Position numbers and translations under genes: made by a program
DNA from: Mycoavidus cysteinexigens
GTDB taxonomy: Bacteria > Pseudomonadota > Gammaproteobacteria > Burkholderiales > Burkholderiaceae
Reading direction: 5' to 3'
Length of the DNA stretch: 48,677 bases
Assembly: GCA_031963365.1 (NCBI GenBank)
Contig: JASSUF010000001.1
Coordinates: 1 to 48,677 of the forward strand
The notes under the pieces: generated by a model
Seen by the model: only the letters and a program-made list of their open reading frames with translations
Database searches by the model: none
What the model was told of the DNA's origin: nothing
Shown: piece after piece, positions 17,951-28,197 of the stretch
Layout: the number at the start of each line of letters is the position of its first letter
Numbering within the stretch: the first letter of the stretch is position 1

Positions 17951-19243
17951 ATGATGCAAGCTCCCCGCTACGAACGCCGTAAAAACTTTATGCAGGATAA
18001 CGGCGACCAAACGGACCATGTTGCGCTGAATGCTGAGTTTGATGCAGCCTCGCTCTCCATCAATGGCTTACGCCAAAATCTCTCGCAAATACAACGCGAT
18101 GATGGTGCCTTGCAAGATGGGATTGTCGATGCAGATACGGTTTCCAACCGTTTTAAAGAAGAGCTGATTCAACATCTGTCGAAAAACATTGATGGACGCT
18201 TAGAAGAAAGCCGTAAAGCAGCCAAGCAAGCGAATGCTTCTGCGCAGGCGGCACAACAATCTGAGAACCACGCACAACGAAGCGAAACCGCTGCGCACAC
18301 GGCTAGTAAAAAAGCACAAAGCGCCTGTGAGGAATCTCAACACGCTGCTAAAGAGGCTGCGCTCAGTGCCCACGCTACCGAAAATGCGCATGCTGGCGCG
18401 CAAGAAGCAGCCGATAAAGCCGCTCTTGCACAAAAACATGCCTCCTATTCCAGTAAATCTGCCGCTGTGCATGCGCGTCATGCTGCGCAAAGCGCACACG
18501 CAGCACAGCTAGATGCCACCCTTGCCAATCAAGAAGCCGAACGCGCCAGCCAATCTATGCATGCAGCAGCCCATTCTGCAGGCGAAGCGCGGCGCCTAGA
18601 AAAAATCGTACGGCAGAAAGTCGATGAGGCCACACAACTCGGCACACCCGCAGATCATACGGTCAGCACCGATAAATTAGTCCATGGTGCGGTAACTCAA
18701 GATAAATTAGGCGAATGGGCAGTAACAACCGATCACCTACTCGATGAAGCAGTAACCAGCACAAAGCTTGCGGTAGGTGCAGTTGCTGAACATCTGGGCT
18801 ATACGCCTGCCAATATGGAAGATACCTGGACCCGATCCAATTTTGATCCAAACACCAAACTTAATAATACGGGCGATCAAATTCTGGCAGGCCAACTCAT
18901 GCTTGAGTCCTGGTTAGGGCTTCAAGATACTGAAAGCGGTGCAGTGCGCGGCATTTTGCATCGTAACGATGCAGTGGGATTTATAGATCAAGATGGGCAA
19001 TGGAAGCTGCGCATAGAAAAGGATGATGCAATTTGGACAGGCAAATATGGGTATTTGCATACCGCCTTTACACCCAGTAGTGCTATGGCGCTCAACGGCG
19101 TAGGCAGTCTGCAATTGATCAGTTTAACCAATCCGGTTCCTGCTGATGGAGCCATCATTACCGTTCCCAGTCGCCCAGGTTCCTGGCGCATCCTATGTAA
19201 TTCAGGTTGGGGCGCTATACGTTTATTGGTGAGGGTCGCATGA
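17951..19243 (+). CDS. Tail fibre protein
   Basis: SD aaggagg. N-terminal motif HVALNAEFDAASLSINGLRQNLSQIQRDDGALQDGIV is typical of phage tail fibres. Long Ala/Gln/Ser-rich coiled coil. Followed by an assembly chaperone. Confidence 0.65.
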   Translation: MMQAPRYERRKNFMQDNGDQTDHVALNAEFDAASLSINGLRQNLSQIQRDDGALQDGIVDADTVSNRFKEELIQHLSKNIDGRLEESRKAAKQANASAQAAQQSENHAQRSETAAHTASKKAQSACEESQHAAKEAALSAHATENAHAGAQEAADKAALAQKHASYSSKSAAVHARHAAQSAHAAQLDATLANQEAERASQSMHAAAHSAGEARRLEKIVRQKVDEATQLGTPADHTVSTDKLVHGAVTQDKLGEWAVTTDHLLDEAVTSTKLAVGAVAEHLGYTPANMEDTWTRSNFDPNTKLNNTGDQILAGQLMLESWLGLQDTESGAVRGILHRNDAVGFIDQDGQWKLRIEKDDAIWTGKYGYLHTAFTPSSAMALNGVGSLQLISLTNPVPADGAIITVPSRPGSWRILCNSGWGAIRLLVRVA

Positions 19244-19701
19244 GTTACACCATTTATAACCCTCGATGGAGCGATGTAGAGCACACGGCAATTTTGTGTA
19301 CTTTGGTGTCAGACGTGCATGACGAGATCAATTTCCAGGCGATGCCAACAGATCCTGAGCTACTGGGCCGCACGATCTACGAAGAATGTGTAGCGGGTAA
19401 ATATGGTGCTATTGCACCGTATTTACCCGACCCTCAAGCACTGTTGAATGTCATCGAAGCACAACGTGATGCGGGTTTACGCCATGCAGAAATAGCCACT
19501 CGAGGGCTGAATGATGCTTTTGTAGCCGGTATTTTGGATACCGATCAAGCAAGCCGCTTTCGGGAATGGGCTAGCTATCAGCTCGCTTTGAGGACACTAG
19601 AACAGCAAGCTGGCTTTCCTGAGCAGATTGAGTGGCCCACTGCACCAGCGCCTATTTTTACAGCCACATTACCTTTCATAGAGCCTGCGAATGACACCTG
19701 A
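19240..19701 (+). CDS. Tail fibre assembly chaperone (Tfa-like)
   Basis: ATGA overlap with the fibre gene. C-terminal WASYQLALRTLEQQAGFPEQIEWPTAP resembles the Caudovirales tail fibre assembly protein signature. Confidence 0.6.
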   Translation: MSYTIYNPRWSDVEHTAILCTLVSDVHDEINFQAMPTDPELLGRTIYEECVAGKYGAIAPYLPDPQALLNVIEAQRDAGLRHAEIATRGLNDAFVAGILDTDQASRFREWASYQLALRTLEQQAGFPEQIEWPTAPAPIFTATLPFIEPANDT

Positions 19702-19981
19702 CACAGAAAGCAAATCGCTTATTGAATTGGCCCTTATAGGAGCATTGATTGCACTGGGCAAACTGCTCGCCGGAGGCGAAAAGCTCACGCTGCGCTTGTG
19801 TGCGGGGCGGGTGATTATCGGAGCCGCCTTGAGTATGGTAGCTGGAGCTGCACTCGCCATGATCCCAGATCTCTCTGTAACGGCGCTGATCGGCTTAGGT
19901 TCTGCTTTAGGCATATGTGGACAATCGGTACTTGAAGCTGGGGTACAGCGTTGGATAACCAGCTCTGATGGCAAGCACTAA
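19691..19981 (+). CDS. Three-TM small membrane protein, putative holin
   Basis: 96 aa with three hydrophobic segments (LIELALIGALIALGKLLAGG, VIIGAALSMVAGAALAMI, ALIGLGSALGICGQSVL) and a charged C-terminus. Overlaps both neighbours. Confidence 0.45.
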   Translation: MTPDTESKSLIELALIGALIALGKLLAGGEKLTLRLCAGRVIIGAALSMVAGAALAMIPDLSVTALIGLGSALGICGQSVLEAGVQRWITSSDGKH

Positions 19982-20600
19982 TCAAACGCTGGGCGCATTA
20001 CGGGCTGAGCTTTGCACCCGACTGGGATTTGTATCCCAAGGCCCTGCTGCAGAAAGCAATCGTGCTGAACTGAATTCCTTTTTGCAAGAAGCGCAGGAAT
20101 ATGTGTATGCACAGACGCAGGGCAATCAAAGTCCTTGCACAGCATCTATGGTGACTTCTCCTGGAGAACGCTTATATGACTGGCACGACCGCACCAGAGA
20201 TCAAGCAATAGACCCGCATAGAGTGCAAGAAGTGGGGGTGCAGCATGCAGGACACTATGCGCGGCTGGTACAAGGGATCAGCGCGCATCAACGTGAATCG
20301 CAAATAGCGCGCGATAGTCCCCGCTATTACGATAGCTTAAACGATCAATTATTGCTGTGGCCCACGCCGAATGCACGCTATACCATCATTATTACCTATC
20401 ACGCAGCATTGCCAAGGCTTACGCAAGATGCAGATAGGCCCGGTGTACCGGAGAAACTGCTTTTACTGTATGCCATCGCTTCGGCCAAAGCGCATTACCG
20501 GCATGCCGATGCTGCTGTAGCGGGTAAAGCATTTGATGCGTTGTTGCGCGAATATCAAAGCCGGCAACATGGACAACGGCGCTATTTTATGCGTGGATAG
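19968..20600 (+). CDS. Virion structural protein (possible head-tail adaptor)
   Basis: 210 aa in the late operon, translationally coupled. Function assigned by position only. Confidence 0.4.
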   Translation: MASTNQTLGALRAELCTRLGFVSQGPAAESNRAELNSFLQEAQEYVYAQTQGNQSPCTASMVTSPGERLYDWHDRTRDQAIDPHRVQEVGVQHAGHYARLVQGISAHQRESQIARDSPRYYDSLNDQLLLWPTPNARYTIIITYHAALPRLTQDADRPGVPEKLLLLYAIASAKAHYRHADAAVAGKAFDALLREYQSRQHGQRRYFMRG

Positions 20601-20605
20601 GGGCT

Positions 20606-21991
20606 ATGCAGACCATCACGTTTGATCGCTTTGATTTGGGGATTGATTGGCGTAAAGGCGAATCGGTATCGGATGCCAATCGGCTGCGTGAAATGTGCAA
20701 TGCCTATGTAACCACCGGCCTAGCAGCGCAAAAGCGCCCTGGGTTGGTCAAAGTGGCCACTTTAGAGCCAGGAACCAGCGGCCTTTTTGCAGCAGGTGGA
20801 CAACTGCATACGTTTTATGGGGAAGGACATATAACCCATGCAGATACACGCTTTGTAGCGCACAAGGTCACGCACCCCAAAGGAGAGCAGGCACTCAAAA
20901 GTGTGCCTTTTGTCGATACCTTTCACGGCCTGATTTATACCGCCATTGAATACGAAGACGGTAGTACCGTGCATCACTACCTCGATCATAGTGAAAAAAG
21001 TGCCATAGAAGATGAGCAATGCCCGCATTCACCCTGTGTAATCAAAGCAGCCAGCAAACTCTTTGCCACCAACAATGATGTGGTGCGCTATTGCGCCACC
21101 GGTAACCCGCGCAATTGGACTTTGGAGAACAATGCGGGGTTTTTACCGACGGGGCTGAATTTCCATGGCGATCGGATGGCGAAGGCTTTGGGGATGTATA
21201 GCAATAATCTGGTCGTGCTCTCGCATGAAGAAGCACAGATTTGGCAAGCCGATCCTGATCCTAGTGCGATGCGCTTATTGGACATTGTAAAAAATGTCGG
21301 CACACATTTCCCATTCACCGTGGCTACCGTATCGGGGGATTTGTACTTTTTATCGAGTGCGGGATTCCGTTCGATTACGACTTTGCAATATACCAACAGC
21401 TTAGCCGATGTGGATATTGGCAGTCCGATTGATCCATTGGTAAAAAAAAGCTTACAAAATCTGCAAATCGAACCGCTTGCACGCTATTACGCAGGGACGG
21501 GGCAGTATCTGTGCATGCTGGGCAAAGAGGTCTTTGTCTATTCGGTATCGAGAACCGCACGCATTGCAGCGTGGTCCCGCTATACCTTGCCGTTTGAAGT
21601 ATCAGCACTCGCTGAAATGGAAGGCACGCTGTATCTGCGTCAGGGAGACACCATTTGGCAATTCTCTGATGAAGCGCATGCGGATAATGGCACACCCTTT
21701 GAAGTGAAGATAGAAACGCCGTGGCTGGATCTCAAAGCTCCTGGGCAACTCAAACGCTTATTAGGCGCCGAAATCATCGCGCAAGGCACCTGTGCATTCT
21801 CCGTAGCCTTTGATGAGCAGCATCCCAACGCAGTGACGCCCGTACTGCGTGTGCGCGGAAACACACGTAGCACCGGGCGTTTACCACTGAGCTGTACTGG
21901 GCGCGCCTTTGCATTGAGATTTACCCACAAGGATAACCAACCCTTTAGGCTCGATGCGGTCACCTTATTTTATGAACCGCTAGGAATATAA
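20606..21991 (+). CDS. Virion structural protein (possible tail tubular/stabilisation protein)
   Basis: 461 aa in the late operon. Function assigned by position only. Confidence 0.4.
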   Translation: MQTITFDRFDLGIDWRKGESVSDANRLREMCNAYVTTGLAAQKRPGLVKVATLEPGTSGLFAAGGQLHTFYGEGHITHADTRFVAHKVTHPKGEQALKSVPFVDTFHGLIYTAIEYEDGSTVHHYLDHSEKSAIEDEQCPHSPCVIKAASKLFATNNDVVRYCATGNPRNWTLENNAGFLPTGLNFHGDRMAKALGMYSNNLVVLSHEEAQIWQADPDPSAMRLLDIVKNVGTHFPFTVATVSGDLYFLSSAGFRSITTLQYTNSLADVDIGSPIDPLVKKSLQNLQIEPLARYYAGTGQYLCMLGKEVFVYSVSRTARIAAWSRYTLPFEVSALAEMEGTLYLRQGDTIWQFSDEAHADNGTPFEVKIETPWLDLKAPGQLKRLLGAEIIAQGTCAFSVAFDEQHPNAVTPVLRVRGNTRSTGRLPLSCTGRAFALRFTHKDNQPFRLDAVTLFYEPLGI

Positions 21992-22005
21992 AAGAGTACT
22001 TCTGA

Positions 22006-23169
22006 TTAGTCCCACAAAAACTCAATGTCTGCGCCATGCTTATTTTTTATACCAGAAAATTTATGGCGTTCATTGTCTAAATGGCAGCCAGATAAACGCA
22101 CTGTCTCTAATGTTAAAAAATTTGATATAGCTCTTAAATCATCAGCTTTATAGCCAGACAAATGATTACCGGTTAAGTCTAGATATTGAACATCTATGTT
22201 CTGCAACTTTTTAAAAATATTTTTTGCGCCATTACGGTCAATATTATTACAGCTTAATGATATGGTTTTTAGCTTTTCTGGCAGATTTTCAATTAGATGT
22301 AATGCCTCTCCATTTGCAAGACCAGCAAAATCTGCTGAGAACTCTTTAATATTGATATTTTTTAAATACTTTGAAAATGCATTTAACGCGGGTCTTTTAT
22401 TTTTATCTAAGCCTAAACTAAAAGAATCAATATTTTTACCTGATAATAATTGCAACAAAGTTGGAATATATTTTATGTCAAACTCATCACTGTCCACACA
22501 GAAGAATGGAATACTGCTCAATTCTGAATTTTTATGTAACACCCATAAAAAGTTGGATGTGAATTTATATTTATCATAATTGCATTCGCTAGACAAAGGC
22601 AAGTCCAATGTTTTTATATTGGTTTTTTTTAGCAAAGCATGAAATACCATATCCATTAGTTTATTACACTGATTCACAGTGGATGAGAAAAAAACAAAAT
22701 CGAAGCAAATATGCTGTACTTTATTAATAATAAAGTCAATGCCAAAATTGGTTTGATTATATGAGAATTCGGTTTTTTGTGTAATTCTAGAAGTCGCTCT
22801 TTCACACCAATCCATTTGATACTCAGGGCTTTGCGAGTCTATATCCGCGCTATCAACCAATAACTTTTCGAATTCAGAAAAAAATATCCTATGCTTAACT
22901 TTTATTGCCTCAAAAAATAATTCTTTATTAACCAACATAAGCACAGATAATTGCTGCATAGACTCTTTTGGTGAATATAATTTTGGAATGACATTTAAAA
23001 TCATGCTTACTAATTCTGTTGGCAAATCAGAAAAGGTAGCAGAAGGAGAAACCCTATTCTGGGAAGCGCTATCGTTTTCCAAGCATAGATCTTTAGAATG
23101 TATTTCATTGCCCTTGGAGTATGTAATATAAGAACGTTCTTGCAATTTATTTACATCTGATACATTCAC
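22006..23169 (-). CDS. F-box + LRR eukaryotic-like protein, moron 2
   Basis: GTG start with SD gaggaaat. F-box FSDLPTELVSMILNVIP...LSVLMLVNKELFFEAIK. C-terminal LRRs LKTISLSCNNIDRNGAKNIFKKL, YLDLTGNHLSG, LETVRLSGCHL. Antisense to the late operon and very AT-rich. Confidence 0.78.
   Translation of the reverse strand: MNVSDVNKLQERSYITYSKGNEIHSKDLCLENDSASQNRVSPSATFSDLPTELVSMILNVIPKLYSPKESMQQLSVLMLVNKELFFEAIKVKHRIFFSEFEKLLVDSADIDSQSPEYQMDWCERATSRITQKTEFSYNQTNFGIDFIINKVQHICFDFVFFSSTVNQCNKLMDMVFHALLKKTNIKTLDLPLSSECNYDKYKFTSNFLWVLHKNSELSSIPFFCVDSDEFDIKYIPTLLQLLSGKNIDSFSLGLDKNKRPALNAFSKYLKNINIKEFSADFAGLANGEALHLIENLPEKLKTISLSCNNIDRNGAKNIFKKLQNIDVQYLDLTGNHLSGYKADDLRAISNFLTLETVRLSGCHLDNERHKFSGIKNKHGADIEFLWD
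22894..23034 (-). other. F-box motif region of moron 2 protein (aa ~46-92)
   Basis: LPtELv.mIL followed by L.vLmLVnKelf..i, matching the F-box consensus. Confidence 0.65.
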
Positions 23170-23312
23170 GATTTCCTCACTTTTTACGAGCCAAAAATTA
23201 AATTTTTGAATTTATTCTTAATAAGCAGTAAATGCAAACTGCATACTGATTAAAAAACATTTATTTTTTCATTTTTGCCTATCTACATCAGGCCAAAAGA
23301 TAGGAGCTGCAC

Positions 23313-23729
23313 ATGCAAATCAACTTCTTAGTCGATCCATCTGAATTAGAGGCATACTTTGCCCGCTTGGCACCGCTGTTTGAGCGTGTTGTGGGTAAAG
23401 CTACGCAGGGTGAGTTTGATGTTGAAGATTTATATTGCTTGGCGCGGCAAGGCCATATCACCCTAGGGATGATAGAGAATGAAGGGCAGGTGCAATTGGC
23501 AATCGCTTTTGAGTTTATGGTGTATCCACGATTTATGGCGGTCAATATTTTGGCGCTAGCCGGGCAAGGGTTAGCAGAAGCGTTCAATAAATTTTGGCAT
23601 GATTTCAAAGCCTGGTGCCGAGAAGCTGGCGCACAAAAGATTCAGGCTTCGTGTCACCCTTCAATGACAAGACTGCTTAGGCGGTACGGGTTTCTAAATG
23701 TTTATCAAACGATGCACTACAACCTATGA
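23313..23729 (+). CDS. Phage protein, possibly GNAT-fold
   Basis: 138 aa with SD aggag. The beta-alpha pattern around AVNILALAGQGLAEAFNKFWHDFKAWCREAGAQKI is reminiscent of acetyltransferase folds. Weak call. Confidence 0.35.
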   Translation: MQINFLVDPSELEAYFARLAPLFERVVGKATQGEFDVEDLYCLARQGHITLGMIENEGQVQLAIAFEFMVYPRFMAVNILALAGQGLAEAFNKFWHDFKAWCREAGAQKIQASCHPSMTRLLRRYGFLNVYQTMHYNL

Positions 23730-23740
23730 AGGAGCGCCAC

Positions 23741-24466
23741 ATGTCAAAAATAACTTCTCTTGAACAGTTAGCTACCCAGGCGGCACTGGAATATGGCGGT
23801 CCGCATCTTTTAGCTTGGCCGATGCAACGCGGCGCACGCCTTATGCCACATAAAGGCGGCGGCGCAGGTGCTGCCTATGAAATGGAAGCCGAGCGACAAC
23901 GGCGCGTTAAAGAAGCGGTCTCTAAAATAAATGAAGTATTTGGAGGCACAGATCATGCAGGTCGCCAAGCGCTGTACGATGAACAAAAAAAAGCAATTAC
24001 CGATCTCAATACCCAAGACGTAAATCGTCAGTTTGATCAAGTCTCCCGCACCAATCGATTTGGGTTAGCGCGTGCAGGCTTGATGGGCGGATCGGCAGAT
24101 ATAGATAGCCAATCCGAACTTGCCCGTCGCAACAATGAAGGTTTAGAGCGTTCAGCAGGATTAGGCGAAGGCGCAGCGGCAGATTTACGCAATGCGGATG
24201 AGCGTACGCGCCAGAATTTAACCTCGATGGCGCAAACTGGCATGGATACTGGGCAAGCAGCTCAACTGGCTTTATCCGGGCTAGAAACCAATGCCAAGAA
24301 TGCGGCTGCACAGCGCGCTGGGTCAACGATAGGCGATCTGTTTAGCAATCTCGCCTGGGCGTATATGGCGCTGCAATCTAACGGGTTGCATGGAGCACAA
24401 GGGCAATATGGCTCCTCTCCATGGTATGCGCCTACTTCACCGCGATCGCGGTATGCCGGGCGTTAG
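23741..24466 (+). CDS. Internal virion/ejection protein (putative)
   Basis: SD aaggag before the ATG at 23741. Gly/Ala/Gln-rich. Part of a run of four such genes before lysis. Confidence 0.4.
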   Translation: MSKITSLEQLATQAALEYGGPHLLAWPMQRGARLMPHKGGGAGAAYEMEAERQRRVKEAVSKINEVFGGTDHAGRQALYDEQKKAITDLNTQDVNRQFDQVSRTNRFGLARAGLMGGSADIDSQSELARRNNEGLERSAGLGEGAAADLRNADERTRQNLTSMAQTGMDTGQAAQLALSGLETNAKNAAAQRAGSTIGDLFSNLAWAYMALQSNGLHGAQGQYGSSPWYAPTSPRSRYAGR

Positions 24467-24492
24467 CAAATATTAATGACAAGAGGTGCTCT

Positions 24493-25227
24493 ATGTTCGG
24501 AATAGATGATCTAGCCTTAGCAGGATTGATATCGATGATTGCAGGCAGCGCATTGCAATATCACGCACAGTCCCAAGCTCAAGCACGCCAGCAACGAGTC
24601 CTACAAGAATCCCTACAACGCCAGCGTGGCTATCAACAGCAAGCTGAACAAGCTGTACTGGATCGGGTCAAAGACTATGCGCCTGAGCATCGCCAACAGC
24701 AGCAACAAGAGATCGCTGAACGGATAGACCACGATTTGATGGAACCGGTACGCCAAGCACAGCCTAAGCAAGAAGAAGCCTCTGCGGTACAGGGGGAGGT
24801 TTCACAAGATTATCTGAATGCACGGCATCGTGCACAGGCCCGACAGCGGGAATCGGCTGAGGCATTGGCAAAACTTCTGGGCAAAACGATGTCCGCTGGT
24901 CGACTTCGACAGCAAGAAGGACTCCAACTTGCCGATACAGGGCAAAACCTCGACCGACTAGGCCGAGATGCGCACGGTATTGCTCAAGCCGATCAAATAG
25001 CAATCCAAGAAGCCGGTATTCCTAATATGTGGCAGCAATTAGCAGGAGAGCTATTAAAAGGTGCGGGAACCATGGGGATGGCGGGAGGATTCAGTGGCGC
25101 CTCTACGATGGCCTCTTCCAAATGGGCATTGCCTGCACTATCCACAGGAATGAGCCTGGCAGGTCTAAAACCCAATGGCCTGTGGAGGCTTAATCCCCAT
25201 AGCCGGTATGGCTTACAGCAGTATTAA
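24493..25227 (+). CDS. Internal virion protein with N-terminal TM (putative)
   Basis: SD agagg. N-terminal LALAGLISMIAGSAL, then Gln-rich. Confidence 0.4.
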   Translation: MFGIDDLALAGLISMIAGSALQYHAQSQAQARQQRVLQESLQRQRGYQQQAEQAVLDRVKDYAPEHRQQQQQEIAERIDHDLMEPVRQAQPKQEEASAVQGEVSQDYLNARHRAQARQRESAEALAKLLGKTMSAGRLRQQEGLQLADTGQNLDRLGRDAHGIAQADQIAIQEAGIPNMWQQLAGELLKGAGTMGMAGGFSGASTMASSKWALPALSTGMSLAGLKPNGLWRLNPHSRYGLQQY

Positions 25228-25240
25228 GTGGAGGAACCTT

Positions 25241-26467
25241 ATGCGATCTATGCTCAATGGCCTTTCTGCGGATCCGATCAATGCAGGCCTTCGGCAAATT
25301 TTTCAAGCGTTAGCGACAGGGCCGGCAGTGCGTGCACAACATGCACAGCAACAGGCATTGCTGGGTGCACAGATGGAACATGCAGCCAGTTCAGCTCGTA
25401 AAACAGCCATCGAGGCCCATGCTGCTGATTATGCGCAACAGCAGCGCGAGCAAGCGATGCAAGCGCTAGCTGCTCGCCCCGATACACAAGGCTATGAAAA
25501 AAATCTATTGCTGCTAATGCAATTACTCGGCAATCAGGCAAATCCCACAACGCTCACGCAGGGTGGGCTTAATGCGCAAAAAGGCCAGTTTAGGCAAGAG
25601 GTGCTCAATCAGCATGCAGGCAAGACTGATCATTCCACGGTAGGATTTTTGAATGCCCTTTTAGAAGGCAAACCGCATGAACCCTATGCGGGCTTAGGAA
25701 CCACCGGCTATGCGCTCAATCGTGAAACAGGACAAGGAGTACTTGCAGCTCCTGCGCTCGCAGCACATATTCAAACCCCTTCTCCACGCAAACATTATGA
25801 CGCGGAGTATGGCCGAATCATTGATCTCGATCGAAATATTGCCACGCCGGTTACGATGGAAAATGGTGAACCCATTGCCAATCGCGCGCAAAACGCTGCA
25901 CATCGAGCAAAAACTGCTTTAGCCGGAAGTGTGGCGCAGTTGGATCGGCTAGCGATGGCTGCGCAAGAAGTTAAAGACCATCCTGTGCTATCTCGCATTA
26001 CAGGTGCGATGGGACGTGTACCCAATTTCCCAGGAAGTGCTGCATCGGACTTAGACGCGCGTCTGCATAATCTTAAAACTCAAGTGGGCTTTGCTGCGCT
26101 GCAAGCGATGCGTGATGCCTCTAAAACCGGTGGTGCATTAGGGAATGTGAGTAATTTTGAAGTACAAAGCTTACAAAATAGCTTGGCATCCTTAGAACAC
26201 AGTCAATCCGCTGCTGCGATGCAAGCCAGCCTGCAAAATATTATGGATTATGTGCAGCAAACCAAAGGGCGGTTACACCAAGCAATGCAAGAGGATTATC
26301 CACAGGCTAAACAAGAAATAGAGCCTGCTAAGCTTATGCCTGAAGCAGCAATTCCAAGCACTATACCTACTCAAGCCATCGAGCATTTAAAACGCCATCC
26401 ACACTTACGTGAGGCCTTTGACGAATATTATGGCCCGGGTTCTGCTACGCAGGTGTTGGGATCATGA
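25241..26467 (+). CDS. Internal virion protein (putative)
   Basis: SD ggagg before the ATG at 25241. Ala/Gln-rich, 408 aa. Confidence 0.4.
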   Translation: MRSMLNGLSADPINAGLRQIFQALATGPAVRAQHAQQQALLGAQMEHAASSARKTAIEAHAADYAQQQREQAMQALAARPDTQGYEKNLLLLMQLLGNQANPTTLTQGGLNAQKGQFRQEVLNQHAGKTDHSTVGFLNALLEGKPHEPYAGLGTTGYALNRETGQGVLAAPALAAHIQTPSPRKHYDAEYGRIIDLDRNIATPVTMENGEPIANRAQNAAHRAKTALAGSVAQLDRLAMAAQEVKDHPVLSRITGAMGRVPNFPGSAASDLDARLHNLKTQVGFAALQAMRDASKTGGALGNVSNFEVQSLQNSLASLEHSQSAAAMQASLQNIMDYVQQTKGRLHQAMQEDYPQAKQEIEPAKLMPEAAIPSTIPTQAIEHLKRHPHLREAFDEYYGPGSATQVLGS

Positions 26468-28194
26468 GTACAGAAAACAATCCCTTTGCGCAATTTGGAC
26501 AACAGCGGAGGCAGTCTGCTGCCCCATCACCCAATCCTTTTGCGCAGTTTGACACGATAGAAGCTGCCCCTATAGCAGAAACACCTCAACCTGCCGCATC
26601 GCCACATCTGAGTACAATGGTCAAAGGCTTACCGGCTGCAGCATTACAAGCGCATATTGAAGCAGGGCGAGGGCTTTTGCAGGGTCTATCAGATCCCGTA
26701 TGGGGTGGAGCGCAGGTTCTTGCCCATGGTTATGCCGATGTAGCAAAACACCTTGCCCCCCGTTCTCGTCATGCTGGGTGGGCAAAACAGCAAGTGGAGA
26801 AATTAGATCGTTTACTTTCAGAGCGGGAAGCAGACTATCAAGCTAAAACACCGGATCCTGTCACGGCAGGCATTTTTCGATTCGGTGGACAAATGGGGCC
26901 TGCGCTCTTTACGGGAGGAGCCAGCGCCGCACAGCGCGCTGCTCCATTGCTAAAAAAAATGGGCCATAGTGCTGCAATAAGTACGGCCGCCAGCACACTG
27001 CAACCCATTACTACCACCAACAGCCATTTCACGACGGAAAAACAGCAGCAAGCCCTGAACGGGGCCATTGCAGGAGGATTACTTCCCCTCGCTGGAGCAG
27101 GAATAGCCCGTATAGTCAGTCCCAAAGCGTCTCGTAATCCTGCTGTGCAGACTTTACTCAATGCAGGGGTAACACCGACCCCAGGGCGCATGCTCGGTGG
27201 AACCTTGGCTCAACTAGAAGATAAGCTTGCCAGTACACCGATATTAGGAGACGCAATTCGTTATCGGCAGCGTCAAGCTGTAGAAGAACTCAATCGTGCT
27301 GCCTATGCGCGGGTATTAGCGCCGATTGGCAAAATCCCCTCTAGCGATATAGGCAGAGAGGGGGTAGAACAACTTGCGCGCACGCTCTCTGAATCCTATG
27401 AGAAGCTGTTACCCCAACTCACCTTTCGGGCTGATGCCCCCTTTGTATTAGATCTGGTACGTATTCGAGAAAAAGCGGTCAGCCAGATGCCTATCTCACG
27501 TGCTAAACAACTGATACGTATCTTAGACGACCAGGTACGCAGAAAGCTCATCAAAACATCCTCCGTCATATCAGGGCGTCAAGTCAAACGGGTAGAAAGT
27601 GAATTGGGCATGCTCGCGGCGAAATATGGCCAAAGTGCCTCTGCCGATGAGCGTTTATTAGGTGGAGCGTTGGAAGATATTCATCGTGCATTACGCCATG
27701 CGCTAGAAAGAACGAATCCTGACCATGCTGAACAACTCGCGAATATTAATCGCGCATACGCGCACTATGTACGTATACGCAATGCAGCAAGCCGATTAGG
27801 CGCAAAAGAAGGCGTATTTACCCCTTCGCAACTTGCTGCTGCAGTACGTTCTACAGAAACCAGTAGAGCTAAAGGCAATTACGCACGAGGGCGAGCGTTA
27901 ATGCAAGATTTATCCGATGCAGGCGTACACGTGCTCGGCCCAGGCTATCCGGATTCTGGCACTGCAGCGCGCCTTTTATGGGGTGCAGGAACCCTAAGCA
28001 GCGGCGCTATTCTGCCGCAGATTCCTGCATCGTTAGTGGGGCTAAGTGCACCGTATTTACCCGTATTAAATCGCTTAACCGCTTATGCGCTAGCCAAAAG
28101 GCCTGCATACGCTGATCAATGGGCAAAAGCGTTACGAGCTCTTCCTCCTGCGATCAGTTGGCCTATAGGATCCCAAGCAGGGCAAAAGAGATAA
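26464..28194 (+). CDS. Large internal virion/ejection protein (putative)
   Basis: 576 aa with ATGA-type overlap with the preceding gene. Last structural gene before the lysozyme. Confidence 0.4.
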   Translation: MSTENNPFAQFGQQRRQSAAPSPNPFAQFDTIEAAPIAETPQPAASPHLSTMVKGLPAAALQAHIEAGRGLLQGLSDPVWGGAQVLAHGYADVAKHLAPRSRHAGWAKQQVEKLDRLLSEREADYQAKTPDPVTAGIFRFGGQMGPALFTGGASAAQRAAPLLKKMGHSAAISTAASTLQPITTTNSHFTTEKQQQALNGAIAGGLLPLAGAGIARIVSPKASRNPAVQTLLNAGVTPTPGRMLGGTLAQLEDKLASTPILGDAIRYRQRQAVEELNRAAYARVLAPIGKIPSSDIGREGVEQLARTLSESYEKLLPQLTFRADAPFVLDLVRIREKAVSQMPISRAKQLIRILDDQVRRKLIKTSSVISGRQVKRVESELGMLAAKYGQSASADERLLGGALEDIHRALRHALERTNPDHAEQLANINRAYAHYVRIRNAASRLGAKEGVFTPSQLAAAVRSTETSRAKGNYARGRALMQDLSDAGVHVLGPGYPDSGTAARLLWGAGTLSSGAILPQIPASLVGLSAPYLPVLNRLTAYALAKRPAYADQWAKALRALPPAISWPIGSQAGQKR

Positions 28195-28197
28195 TGA

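Noticed and set aside
17951-19243. Diversity-generating retroelement acting on the tail fibre (as in BPP-1-like podoviruses).
   Set aside because: No reverse transcriptase ORF is present anywhere in the prophage, and I could not see a template repeat of the fibre 3' end by eye.
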